From positions 97 through 64,096 of IMG/VR virus record IMGVR_UViG_2974705165_000001: a stretch of DNA of 64,000 bases. The stretch is one strand, 5' to 3'. The position numbers and the translations under genes are program-made. Origin of the DNA: a virus (Duplodnaviria; Caudoviricetes). Under the pieces are notes generated by a model. The model had not been told where the DNA came from and ran no database searches. It saw only the letters and a list, made by a program, of their open reading frames with translations. Shown here one piece after another: positions 39,120 to 48,453 of the stretch (position 1 is the stretch's first letter; every line of letters begins with the position of its first letter).

Positions 39120-39315
39120 GGTAAGGCTCCATTTCTATCAAGGTTGATTAGGCGAGACATCTTACTCCGCGAACCAGGGGGAACCGTTTCCACCCTTGGT
39201 GAGCATCATCTTAGTGCTTCGGAGGCAGAAGGCAAGCGTTTTATGCAAAACTATTTACTTCGGTCTCCGGCTGGGCTCTGCGAACGAACTCAGCACCCAG
39301 CGAAGGAGTAGACCC

Positions 39316-39549
39316 ATGAAAGTGCATCGAGTTCGGTTGACCTCTGAGGAAGGCTTCTACGAGAAGTGCAGCCTCCTGGCCGTAGGCCCTCCGAATGAGC
39401 GGGGCATGTGCCCTATCTATAAACTGCCCCGGCGCGACCTATCTAAAGAGAAGGCGGAGGAGCTCATGGCCAAAATCCTCACCACTGGGCAGTTCGACCC
39501 GGCCAACTGGGAGTTCGCCCAGGAGTACGACGCCGGCAAAATACTTTGA
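39316..39549 (+). CDS. Hypothetical protein
   Basis: AAGGAG RBS, ATG 39316. Confidence 0.6.
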   Translation: MKVHRVRLTSEEGFYEKCSLLAVGPPNERGMCPIYKLPRRDLSKEKAEELMAKILTTGQFDPANWEFAQEYDAGKIL

Positions 39550-39558
39550 CAAAGGCGC

Positions 39559-39627
39559 TTGCCCATCTTCGACGTTGGGCCCATGATCTGCTTACACCGG
39601 GGCGGTCCCGGAAACTTAGAAAAGGAG
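39559..39627 (+). promoter_or_regulatory. Promoter / leader hairpin / RBS cassette
   Basis: TTGCCC-N17-CATGAT; CCGGG-GCGGT-CCCGG stem; AGAAAAGGAG. Confidence 0.7.
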
Positions 39628-39634
39628 AGTCACC

Positions 39635-40234
39635 ATGGCCCGCAATGTTTCCTTCTACGTAGAACGCGCCAACGAAGCCTTTGAAAAGGGCTTCACCAGC
39701 AAGGCTGGCCAGAAGGCTGCGATGGACTCCGTGACCAAGGCTTACGAGCTGCTCCGCGCCGAGATCACCACTCTTGTCCTGGGCATCGAGCACAGCGAGC
39801 GCACCGAAGCCCACAGCAACGTCTACTGGGACCTGCCGAGCTACCCCCACCAGTGGAAGGCCAAGCACCGCGAACTGGCCACCTCCGTCTTCCCTCAAAC
39901 TGCCTCCATCTGCGACCAGATCGAAGAGCTGGTGGCGCTGCGTCAGGCCCTGAAGGACGCCCCGGTCGTCAAGCAGGAGCGCCAGGAAGATGAGCGCGTT
40001 ACCCTGGTCCAGAGCACCATCCGCGACATGATGGAGAAGCGCAAGGCTCAGTACGCTAGGGGCCTGGAGCTGCACGACATCTTCGGCGGCCTCCCGGTCC
40101 ACGCAAATGTCCACCTCGTGACCAACCAGCACGGCACCACCTTCCTCCGGGCCTTCTATTTCATGGACGACAAGCTAACCCCGCTGAGCGTGATCCTGGC
40201 CGTGCTCCAGACCAAGGCGGACGAGGCCAAGTAA
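39635..40234 (+). CDS. Hypothetical protein
   Basis: 199 aa with its own promoter cassette. Confidence 0.75.
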   Translation: MARNVSFYVERANEAFEKGFTSKAGQKAAMDSVTKAYELLRAEITTLVLGIEHSERTEAHSNVYWDLPSYPHQWKAKHRELATSVFPQTASICDQIEELVALRQALKDAPVVKQERQEDERVTLVQSTIRDMMEKRKAQYARGLELHDIFGGLPVHANVHLVTNQHGTTFLRAFYFMDDKLTPLSVILAVLQTKADEAK

Positions 40235-40302
40235 GAGACGATTGCCGGGCTCTTCGGAGCCCGCGCATACTAACCACACAACCCAGAAACGGAGCACCAC
40301 CC

Positions 40303-40890
40303 GTGAAACACGATACTCGCGAGGCCTGGCTGAAGGCCGCAACCGCCCTGCTCGACAAGGAGTTCTTCGAGGGCCGGGGCTACAAGCTCCCCGAGAAGAT
40401 CCAGGTCGCCGTTGGGTTCCCCTACCGCGCCTCCAAGGCCATCGGCCAGTGCTTCTCCCCAGACGTCACGACCGACGAGACCACCCACATCTTCATCTGC
40501 CCGTCCATGGGCGACGCCCTCCAGGTTCTGGCCACCCACCTGCACGAGCTCATCCACGCAGCCGTGGGCATCAAGGAAGGCCACCGCGGGCTCTTCGCCA
40601 AGCTGGCGCGAGAGTTCGGCCTCCAGGGTAAGCTGACCGCCACCTACGCTGAGGAAGGCTCGGAGCTCTGGACGCGCCTCTGCAACATCCAGGCGGAGCT
40701 GGGGCCTTACCCTCACTCGGCCATGAAGAAGACCCAGCGGCCTCGCGGGCAGGCCCAGGGTGGCTGGGTCCGCATGTTCTCCCCGGACAACCCGGCCTAC
40801 AAGGCGCTGGTCTCTCCGAAGATGCTGGAAGAGTTCGGCCCGCCGCTGGACCCGTGGGGTAACGAGATGCGCCCGGTAGGAGAGCAGTGA
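40303..40890 (+). CDS. SprT-like zinc metalloprotease-domain protein
   Basis: HELIH...GH motif; IGQC. Confidence 0.7.
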   Translation: MKHDTREAWLKAATALLDKEFFEGRGYKLPEKIQVAVGFPYRASKAIGQCFSPDVTTDETTHIFICPSMGDALQVLATHLHELIHAAVGIKEGHRGLFAKLAREFGLQGKLTATYAEEGSELWTRLCNIQAELGPYPHSAMKKTQRPRGQAQGGWVRMFSPDNPAYKALVSPKMLEEFGPPLDPWGNEMRPVGEQ

Positions 40891-41510
40891 TGCAGAAGCC
40901 GTTCCTCGTCAAGGGCCTGGGCTGGCCCACCACCTGGGGCAAGGGCCTGACCATGGAGAAGGCCATCAAGGCTTCCGGGCTGCCGTCGGGCGACCCGGTC
41001 CAGGTCTGGCTGGTCAATCCCCAGGCGGAGATCAACGACCAGGGAGAGCTGGTAGCCACGTCCGCCGAGCACATTGGCTCCGGCGAGATCAGCGCCGACC
41101 GACGCTCTGTCAAGATCATGCACCAAGGCAGGGGGGAGCTGTCAGTTCCGAGCGAAAATTCCTTGCCCAAGCCCATCGAACCAAGCAAGATTCGCTCAGG
41201 CAATGAGCCGACCCAACCACCTACCTCTGAAACAGGGAACATCGAAATGTCCGAGAATACTGAAGCCAAGACCCGCGCCCCGAAAGCCTTCCGCCTGGAA
41301 GCTGCTGAGAACGCCAAAGCTCCGGCTGCCGGCTCCAAGCGCCACACCGCTTACGAGCTGATCGCCCGCCCCGAAGGCGCCACCATCGAGCAGATCATGG
41401 AAGCGACCGGCTGGAACAAGCGCAACGCCACCGAAGGTGTCCGCCTGCTGAACAAGCACAACGGCCTGGGCCTCGTCGGCGACGAAGCCGGTGTGATCAA
41501 GCTGATCTAA
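40887..41510 (+). CDS. Hypothetical ORF whose C-terminal part (likely separate start 41247) is a DUF3489-like winged helix
   Basis: GSKRHTAYELIARPEGATIEQIMEATGW; internal promoter-like site TTGCCC-N17-CAAGAT starting at 41163. Confidence 0.6.
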   Translation: MMQKPFLVKGLGWPTTWGKGLTMEKAIKASGLPSGDPVQVWLVNPQAEINDQGELVATSAEHIGSGEISADRRSVKIMHQGRGELSVPSENSLPKPIEPSKIRSGNEPTQPPTSETGNIEMSENTEAKTRAPKAFRLEAAENAKAPAAGSKRHTAYELIARPEGATIEQIMEATGWNKRNATEGVRLLNKHNGLGLVGDEAGVIKLI

Positions 41511-41525
41511 GATCGGCCTGATAGA

Positions 41526-41550
41526 AAAGCCCTCTCCGGAGGGCTTTCTT
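41526..41550 (+). terminator. Terminator (possibly bidirectional)
   Basis: AAAGCCCTC-TCCG-GAGGGCTTT-CTT. Confidence 0.7.
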
Positions 41551-41573
41551 CCAATAGAAAAGGAGCAACACCC

Positions 41574-42458
41574 ATGGCGTTCAAGCCCATGCTCGCAGCG
41601 ACGCTCGAGCCCTCCGAAGTACACAAGATCAAGTTCCCCGTGCTGGTCTCCCCGAAGCTCGACGGCATCCGCTGTCTGGTCCGCGAGGGCAAGGCCGTTA
41701 CCCGTTCCCTGAAGCCCGTCCCGAACGAGCACATCCGGCTGATGCTGGAGCGCCCCGACCTGGAAGGCTTCGACGGCGAGCTGGCCGTTGGGCCGCTCAC
41801 CGCGCCTGACCTCTACAACAAGACGAACTCCGGTGTCATGTCCCGCTCTGGGCAGCCGGACTTCTGCTACCATGTCTTTGACATGCACAACCTCCCGACG
41901 ACCGGCTTCCGAGAGCGCCACCTCGAAGTGCGGGCGTCCCTGCCTTCCACCCCGCTGGTGCAGGTGGTCGAGCACAAGCTGGTCGAGAGCCCCGAGGAGC
42001 TCCTGGAGGCTGAGGCGGAGTACACCGCAGCCGGTTACGAGGGCATGATGGGCCGCAGCCTGGAGGGCCTCTACAAGCAGGGCCGCTCCACCCTGAACCA
42101 GGGCTGGCTGTGGAAGCTCAAGCGGTTCCTGGACGCCGAAGCTGTCATCATTGGCTACGAGGAGCTCTATTCGAACCAGAACGAGGCTAAGGTCAACGCC
42201 CTGGGCCACACCGAGCGGTCCAGTCACAAGGCCAACCTAGTGCCCATGGGCGTCCTGGGCGCTCTGCACTGCCGGACTCCGGAAGGAGTCGAGTTCTCCA
42301 TCGGCTCCGGCTTCACCATGGCGGAGCGGGCCTCGCTCTGGATCATCCGGGACACACTCCCTGGGCAACTGGCCAAGTACAAGTTCTTCGCGGTCGGTGT
42401 CAAGGTCGCTCCCAGGTTCCCGACCTGGAAGGGTCTTCGTTCTCCGCTTGACATGTGA
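41574..42458 (+). CDS. ATP-dependent DNA ligase
   Basis: SPKLDGIR, FDGEL, VFD, EGMM, KLK, IGSGF, PRFP. Confidence 0.95.
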   Translation: MAFKPMLAATLEPSEVHKIKFPVLVSPKLDGIRCLVREGKAVTRSLKPVPNEHIRLMLERPDLEGFDGELAVGPLTAPDLYNKTNSGVMSRSGQPDFCYHVFDMHNLPTTGFRERHLEVRASLPSTPLVQVVEHKLVESPEELLEAEAEYTAAGYEGMMGRSLEGLYKQGRSTLNQGWLWKLKRFLDAEAVIIGYEELYSNQNEAKVNALGHTERSSHKANLVPMGVLGALHCRTPEGVEFSIGSGFTMAERASLWIIRDTLPGQLAKYKFFAVGVKVAPRFPTWKGLRSPLDM

Positions 42459-42533
42459 TGAATTTGGCGAAGGGCGCTTGCCTTATGCTCGCTCTTCGCC
42501 AACAATTCGCTCATCACGAATTAGGAGCTCGCC

Positions 42534-42734
42534 ATGAAATCCACTCTTCTCTTCTCTGCTGCCGTTGCCGCCCTGACCTGGGGCATCATCACCTCGGTCT
42601 GTGCTGCCCTGGACGCTCCGGACGTTCACATCTCCTACACAACCAAGAAGTGCGTTCGGATCATTGACGAGAACGGCGAGCGCCCCTGCCCGAAGGAACT
42701 GCCTGCCAAGTACCATCGGGTGTGGGTCGAGTAA
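42534..42734 (+). CDS. Small secreted/membrane protein
   Basis: Hydrophobic N-terminus; upstream TTGCCT-N17-AACAAT and AGGAG. Confidence 0.6.
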   Translation: MKSTLLFSAAVAALTWGIITSVCAALDAPDVHISYTTKKCVRIIDENGERPCPKELPAKYHRVWVE

Positions 42735-42767
42735 GCCCGCCAACACAGCAGAAACGGAGTAACAGAA

Positions 42768-43835
42768 ATGCTTGACAAGATCTACGAGCTCCCGCTCAGC
42801 CGAACCTACGTCCGCCACTGGGGCGTCGTGGAGGCTGTTCGAGAGCTGTTCCAGAACGCCCTCGACAGCGACTCGCCGTTCGAGTACACAGTCGGCCCCG
42901 ACTCCCTGAGCATCACCAGCCGCTTTGCGCGCCTGGAGCCCAAGACGCTCCTCCTGGGCACCACCTCCAAGGCCGACGCCAAGGACAAGATCGGCTCCTT
43001 CGGCGAGGGCTACAAGATCGCGCTGCTGGTGCTGACCCGCGAGGGCATCAAGGTCACCGTCCTGAACCACGACCGCAAGTGGACTCCAGAGTTCCGCCGG
43101 TCGCGTCAGTTCGACGACGAGGTCCTAGCGATCCGAGACAGCTCGTACCCGGAGAACCGGGGCCAGGGCCTGACCTTCCTGCTGGAGGGCCTCTCGCAGG
43201 CCGACCTGGAGGCTATCCACGACTCCAACCTGCACATGTGGAGCTCCGTGGGCGAGGTCGACAACACCTCCCGTGGGCAGATCCTCCACGACCACCCAGG
43301 CAAGCTCTACGTCAACGGCCTCTTCGTCTGCAAGACAGAGCTGAAGTACGGCTACAGCATGAAGCCCGAGTTCCTCCGGCTGGAGCGCGACCGCCAGACG
43401 GTGAGCACCTTCGACCTGAAGTTCCACGCCAAGGACATGTGGTTCGAGACCCGGAAGGCCGACTCGGTCAGCCAGATGATCGCGGACAATGTTCCTGACA
43501 TGGAGTACGCCAACTACGGCACTCCTGACATCGTCAAGGAAGCCTGCTACCGGCTCTTCCTCCAGAACCACCCAGACTCCGTGGTCGCCAGCTCTCAGCA
43601 AGAGCTCGAGCACATGGTGGCCCAGGGTATGGAGCGTGTGGTCGTGGTCAACCAGACCTTCGCCGAGATCGTCAAGACCTCTTCCGGCTACACGGCGGGG
43701 CCGCTGGTCGTTCTGCGCAGCCCGTGCCAAGTCATGGAAGACTGGTTCTCCCAGAACCGCCGCCACATGCGGAAGGACGGCATCATCGCCTTCCGTGAAC
43801 TCATCGACCAATCCAAGCAATGGAAACTGAAATGA
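42768..43835 (+). CDS. GHKL (HATPase-like) ATPase-domain protein
   Basis: AVRELFQNALD, LLLGTTSK, IGSFGEGYK, GLT. Confidence 0.8.
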   Translation: MLDKIYELPLSRTYVRHWGVVEAVRELFQNALDSDSPFEYTVGPDSLSITSRFARLEPKTLLLGTTSKADAKDKIGSFGEGYKIALLVLTREGIKVTVLNHDRKWTPEFRRSRQFDDEVLAIRDSSYPENRGQGLTFLLEGLSQADLEAIHDSNLHMWSSVGEVDNTSRGQILHDHPGKLYVNGLFVCKTELKYGYSMKPEFLRLERDRQTVSTFDLKFHAKDMWFETRKADSVSQMIADNVPDMEYANYGTPDIVKEACYRLFLQNHPDSVVASSQQELEHMVAQGMERVVVVNQTFAEIVKTSSGYTAGPLVVLRSPCQVMEDWFSQNRRHMRKDGIIAFRELIDQSKQWKLK

Positions 43836-44041
43836 CTCAGCTGATACCGAAGGACAAAGAACCCGCCACCGTCCGCGTGGGCGGCACTGCCCCGGCGGAG
43901 CGCATCCCGACCGCGATGGAGCTGGCGCTCCAGAAGGCCAAGCAGAAGAAAGACGGCCTCAAGGCCGCTGGCTACGCCGAAGCCTACGGCGCTAGCAAGA
44001 AGCGCGTGAAGGAAATGAAGAAGGAGGCCCGTCGTGGCTAA
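43832..44041 (+). CDS. Hypothetical basic protein
   Basis: Start overlaps upstream stop; Lys-rich. Confidence 0.55.
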   Translation: MTQLIPKDKEPATVRVGGTAPAERIPTAMELALQKAKQKKDGLKAAGYAEAYGASKKRVKEMKKEARRG

Positions 44042-44243
44042 GTGCCAGGGCTGGACCAAGCCCAACGGTGGAGCCCGCAAGTTCCACTACTTCATGGAGG
44101 GCGACCCCCGGTCGCTCTGCCAGAAGTTGATGATCCTGCGGCCCGACCCTGAAGCGTTCGAGGACGCTCACCACGACCACAAAGAGAACTGCGCGGCCTG
44201 CCGCAAAGAGCTCTATCGTCGACTGGAGAAGGAAGATGATTGA
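44034..44243 (+). CDS. Hypothetical small Cys/His protein
   Basis: GGAGG RBS; KFHYF...SLC...CAAC. Confidence 0.6.
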   Translation: MAKCQGWTKPNGGARKFHYFMEGDPRSLCQKLMILRPDPEAFEDAHHDHKENCAACRKELYRRLEKEDD

Positions 44244-44766
44244 CTTCATGATCATTGGCCTGCCCCGCTCCGGCACCACCTGGGCGTCGAACTGGCTGAC
44301 AACGGACGCGATCCACTGCGTTCACGACCCGTTGTACACCGAGCACTACTCGGACTGGGACGAGCGCCTGCCCGCCCTGGCCCCTGCTGGTGCCGTGGTC
44401 GGCGTCTCCTGCACCGGCATCTGGCGCTGGGCTGACTGGGTCAACGCTCACCCGGCGCGGAAGGTCATCCTCCACCGTGACCCGGACGAGATCCGCAAGT
44501 CGATGGCTGAGATCGGCATGCCTGGACACATCGGCGACGCCGAGCTGGAAGCCCTTGACAGCGTCATCGGCCTGCACGTTCCCCACTCCGACCTGTTCGA
44601 CACCGAGCACGCGGAGGAGATCTGGAAGCACCTCGTCCCTGGGCAGCCGTTCAACGCCCATCGGCACCGGGCGCTGGTGCAGGTCGAAATGCAACCCCAA
44701 TTCTCTGGTCTGTCAGTCGGCCCAGAGGTAATGCGAAGGCTGCTCAACGAACTTGAGCGAATCTAA
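44236..44766 (+). CDS. Sulfotransferase-like P-loop-fold protein
   Basis: FMIIGLPRSGTTW (PAPS-binding-loop-like), HDP, VILHRDP...S. Confidence 0.65.
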   Translation: MIDFMIIGLPRSGTTWASNWLTTDAIHCVHDPLYTEHYSDWDERLPALAPAGAVVGVSCTGIWRWADWVNAHPARKVILHRDPDEIRKSMAEIGMPGHIGDAELEALDSVIGLHVPHSDLFDTEHAEEIWKHLVPGQPFNAHRHRALVQVEMQPQFSGLSVGPEVMRRLLNELERI

Positions 44767-44777
44767 GGAGTGACACC

Positions 44778-45014
44778 ATGAAACGAACCGCCTCGATGCG
44801 TGCCCTGGCCATCGCTGCAATGATGGGCCTCGGCTCCGTCCTGCCCTTCGGGCAGACCTCCCTCTCCGAGCGCCGTGGGCCGGGCTACGAGCGCCTAGTG
44901 CGCAGCCGCCCTGAGCGTTCCCCGGAAGAGTCCCAGGCACGCCTCTCTGCCGCCGAGGCGAAGCGCGAGCGCCGTCGCCAGCGCAACCTCCGCCTGGAGG
45001 CCCGCCAGCCATGA
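44778..45014 (+). CDS. Hypothetical protein
   Basis: TAAGGAG RBS; AAEAKRERRRQRNL tail. Confidence 0.6.
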   Translation: MKRTASMRALAIAAMMGLGSVLPFGQTSLSERRGPGYERLVRSRPERSPEESQARLSAAEAKRERRRQRNLRLEARQP

Positions 45015-45265
45015 TGAACGCCTACGCCATCATGTACTGGACCGGCGTCTTCACCTACGTGGTCAGTGTCCTCCCGACCCTCGCGCTGGTGCTGTGGTTC
45101 GGGATCAAGGTCGTCGACCTCATGGGCAACCGGCTGTGGAAGAAGCTGCGTGCGTACCACGACCTGAAGGTTCTCCAAGAGGAGCTTCGTCGGCTCGAGT
45201 ATCAAGGCAAGCTCTGGAAGAAGCCCGAGCCGCCGAAGTTTGATATCGAGGATGAGGACGACTAG
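45011..45265 (+). CDS. Hypothetical membrane protein
   Basis: N-terminal TM helix. Confidence 0.6.
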   Translation: MMNAYAIMYWTGVFTYVVSVLPTLALVLWFGIKVVDLMGNRLWKKLRAYHDLKVLQEELRRLEYQGKLWKKPEPPKFDIEDEDD

Positions 45266-45338
45266 CCGTCCAGCGGCACGTGCCGTGGGCTGCCGCTCCG
45301 CTGGATAATACCCTCCTTGACAACCGGGGAGGGTGCAT

Positions 45339-45567
45339 CATGAAACCGAGTTACTGTGAAATGCAGAAGAAGTTGATCGACCTCCTGGAGAGCCTCCCTT
45401 GTGGCGGAACCCTGGAGGAACTGGTGAACGGTCTGAACTCCAACGCGAGCGAGCTGCGCCGGTTGATCCTGCCTCTCTGTTACGCTGGGCGAATCTCCGT
45501 CACCCCCTACCGCCACCCGTCCAACGGGAGAGCGACCTACCTGTTCAAACTTAGGAAGCGAGAATGA
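45339..45567 (+). CDS. Small HTH-like hypothetical protein (start approximate)
   Basis: GGAGG RBS; TLEELVNGLNSNASELRRLI. Confidence 0.45.
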
Positions 45568-46241
45568 AACGACCGAACGCATACGTCTTTGACACCGAAA
45601 CGACCGGCATGAAGGAGCCGGTCGTTGTTGAATCCGGCCTCCTGGCCGTCGCCTTCAACGAGCACGGGGCGCTCCGCCCCTTGTGGACCGACCCCCAGGT
45701 CGAACGCTTCAACCCCGGCAAGCCCATCGAGTGCGGTGCCTGGGCGACACACTTCATCTCCAACGCGGACGTGGAGAACGCCCAGCCCGCTTCCGAGTTC
45801 GCCCTGCCCGAAGGCACCGAATACATCATCGGCCACAACGTCGACTACGACTGGGAAGTCATCGGCAAGCCCGACGTCAAGCGCATCTGCACCCTCGCCC
45901 TGGCTCGCCAGCTCTGGCCCGACGCCGACTCCCACAAGCAGCTCGCCCTCGTCTACATGCTGTCGCCCAGTCGGGCTGCTGGCTGGGCTAAGGGTGCCCA
46001 CAGCGCCGGTGCCGACGTTCAGATGTGCGGCTTCATCCTCTGGGCAGTCTGCCACGAGCTGGGCATCAAGTCGATGGAGGAGCTCTGGGAAGCCTCCGAA
46101 CGGGCTCGCATCCCAACGCACATGCCCTTCGGCAAGCACAAGGGTATGCTGATTGCCGAACTTCCTTCGGACTATGTAAAGTGGCTTCGTCGGCAAACAG
46201 ACGTCGACCCCTATCTCATGATCGCCCTTGGAGGCAAGTGA
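45564..46241 (+). CDS. DEDDh 3'-5' exonuclease (ExoX-like)
   Basis: FDTETTG, GHNVDYD, HSAGADV; C-terminal PFGKHKG...YVKWL module. Confidence 0.9.
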   Translation: MKRPNAYVFDTETTGMKEPVVVESGLLAVAFNEHGALRPLWTDPQVERFNPGKPIECGAWATHFISNADVENAQPASEFALPEGTEYIIGHNVDYDWEVIGKPDVKRICTLALARQLWPDADSHKQLALVYMLSPSRAAGWAKGAHSAGADVQMCGFILWAVCHELGIKSMEELWEASERARIPTHMPFGKHKGMLIAELPSDYVKWLRRQTDVDPYLMIALGGK

Positions 46242-46999
46242 TGGACAACATAGAAAAGGAGCCAGCCCCGGCGCAGGATGAGCGGGAGGCGGTGGAGCGG
46301 TTCAGCCCGACGACCAGCGTGCCGCATTGCGGGCGCGCCTCTGAGGTTGAGGCGTACATGACCGATGATGACGACGGGGAGTATATGGCCGTCGCCCAGC
46401 ACGAACGCATCGTCGCAGCACTCACCCGCCCCGCGCAGACCGAGCAGCAGCCCATCCGGCTGCCTGAACGTAAGCGCACCGATCACCTGCCGAAAGAATA
46501 CAAGACCATGTCCGTGGTTCGGGCTGGCCTTGAGGCGTATAACCGCGCACTCGACGACGTGGCCGCATTGAACGCCGCCCCCATCGCGCAGACCGATCCC
46601 TGGGCACCCTCGGGTGGGGACTACGATCGCTCCATCCACGCGAACCCGGACGCCAAGGCGTGGGCCGATTTCTTCGTGAAGACGTTCCCTGGACAGGCTG
46701 ACGAGCACGACCTCTTGCTGGGCTGGTTCGCCAACGCAATGATGGCGATGCACGACCGCCTGCGCCAGGGCACCACGGTCCACCGCCTCGAGAACGACGA
46801 GCGCGTCGTGACCTTCCGGGTGAACGCTGAGACGAAGGACGCCGTGTTCGATCGCGTCATGAAGTTCTTCGAGGAGCAGGACCAGTTCTCCGGCGAAGGC
46901 ATCCACCAGAGCGACAACTGCCTGATCGAGGCCCCGAGCGTCCTGTCGGACATCGCCGACAAGATCCTGAAGTTCAACGTCAACCACAAGGAGGAGTGA
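46238..46999 (+). CDS. Mosaic hypothetical protein
   Basis: GGAGG RBS; segmented by TRPAQTEQQP and AAPIAQT linkers. Confidence 0.6.
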   Translation: MMDNIEKEPAPAQDEREAVERFSPTTSVPHCGRASEVEAYMTDDDDGEYMAVAQHERIVAALTRPAQTEQQPIRLPERKRTDHLPKEYKTMSVVRAGLEAYNRALDDVAALNAAPIAQTDPWAPSGGDYDRSIHANPDAKAWADFFVKTFPGQADEHDLLLGWFANAMMAMHDRLRQGTTVHRLENDERVVTFRVNAETKDAVFDRVMKFFEEQDQFSGEGIHQSDNCLIEAPSVLSDIADKILKFNVNHKEE

Positions 47000-47288
47000 C
47001 ATGACGAGCAAGACCTTTGTTCCTGACATGCCGCTGCGCTACCGCCGCCTTGGGCTGTCCTGCCCAAGGACTTGCGATGTGTGCGGCCTGCCTCGGGGCT
47101 CCAGGAAGGTGAACCACAGCAAGTGCTCCAAGATTCGCCAGCAGAGGCCGAACTGATGCCCTGCCCGAACTGCGGAGAGGACATGGAAGGCGACGGCTTC
47201 AAGGTCGTTCGCCACTGCCCCAACTACGAAGACCACTGGGACAAGGAGCCGGACGCTGGGCCGTTCCACTGTTCCGAGGAGAAGCAAG

Positions 47289-47624
47289 ATGAAGAAGACC
47301 CTTCGCGGCCTGAAGCGTAAGGTCGCCCCGGACGGACGCTACGTCCTCCTGCACAAGTGGAAGACCGAGCACGGCCACCGGCTGGTGCGCATCTGGTCCG
47401 GCGAGTGGGACTGCTACTGGAGACCCAGCCGAGCAGGCTACACCACCGATGTCGCCCAGGCGGGCATCTACCGTCTCGACGACGCCATCGACGCCTCTGG
47501 ACATTGCGGCCCGGAGAAGAAGATCGTCTACGAGTTCCTGCCCAAGAACACCAAGCAGATCCCGACTCAGGAGAGCGCGGGCGACCCACAGCTGATGCTG
47601 AAGTGCCTGGGCGAACCGCGATGA
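47289..47624 (+). CDS. Hypothetical protein
   Basis: IWSGEWDCYWRPSRAGYT...AGIY. Confidence 0.6.
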   Translation: MKKTLRGLKRKVAPDGRYVLLHKWKTEHGHRLVRIWSGEWDCYWRPSRAGYTTDVAQAGIYRLDDAIDASGHCGPEKKIVYEFLPKNTKQIPTQESAGDPQLMLKCLGEPR

Positions 47625-47968
47625 CCCGCCCAGAGGAAGTGCTTAGCCGCGAGGCCGAGGGTAATGTGACCCGATTCGATGCTGCACCGCGCCTCTACAA
47701 CGCTCGGAAGGTCGGGACGATGGTCCAGGGGCCTGTCTACATTGGCCGACCGTCGGAGTGGGGCAATCCCTTCGAGGTGGGCCGCGACGGCACGCGAGAG
47801 GAGGTCATCCAGAAGCACCGCGAGTGGTTCCTGGGCCAGCCTGAGCTCGTTGAGCGAGCAAGGCGAGAGCTCCGTGGGCGAGACCTCTTGTGCTGGTGCG
47901 CACCGCGCAAGTGCCATGGCGAAGTGCTGCTGGAGGTGGCGAATGAAGCTGCTACTGCTGAAGGCTAA
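47621..47968 (+). CDS. DUF4326-like protein
   Basis: ATG 47621; VYIGRPSEWGNPF...LRGRDLLCWCAPRKCHGEVL. Confidence 0.85.
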   Translation: MTRPEEVLSREAEGNVTRFDAAPRLYNARKVGTMVQGPVYIGRPSEWGNPFEVGRDGTREEVIQKHREWFLGQPELVERARRELRGRDLLCWCAPRKCHGEVLLEVANEAATAEG

Positions 47969-48019
47969 CCTCCTGCTGGCGTTCTCCGCCCTCGGCTGGG
48001 CTTTCTGGGAGATAGCGCG

Positions 48020-48244
48020 ATGGGCGATGTGGTAACGTGTCCGAAGTGTGGACAAACGTCCGGGAACTCCTGGTCGCAGTGCGAAGGACGCTGTCCCATG
48101 AGCGTGTCGCCGTGGTTCGATCCGACGCTTGACTATGGACCTTCGACGTTGGACAGAGGACAACGGACGGTGGACCTGGGAGCTGCACACAACACACGAG
48201 TTGGAGAAACTGAGACGCCATCGCGAGAGGTTCGCCAACCTTGA
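48020..48244 (+). CDS. Small Cys-rich hypothetical protein
   Basis: CPKCGQTSGNSWSQCEGRCPM. Confidence 0.5.
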   Translation: MGDVVTCPKCGQTSGNSWSQCEGRCPMSVSPWFDPTLDYGPSTLDRGQRTVDLGAAHNTRVGETETPSREVRQP

Positions 48245-48453
48245 CACATCGGCCTTGCCTCTTCGTTCGCCTCCAGCGACCATGAGCGCCTAACGAACCA
48301 CGAGGGCCGAATCATGACTTGCCAGAAATGCGGAGCCATCAACGATCGCAAGACCAGCAAACACACATCCTTCATCGTCCAGGGTCGCCGCTGCTGCGGA
48401 CACTGTGGGTCGGTGATGGGCCGTTCCACCAAAACTAGCTGACAGAGGTATCT

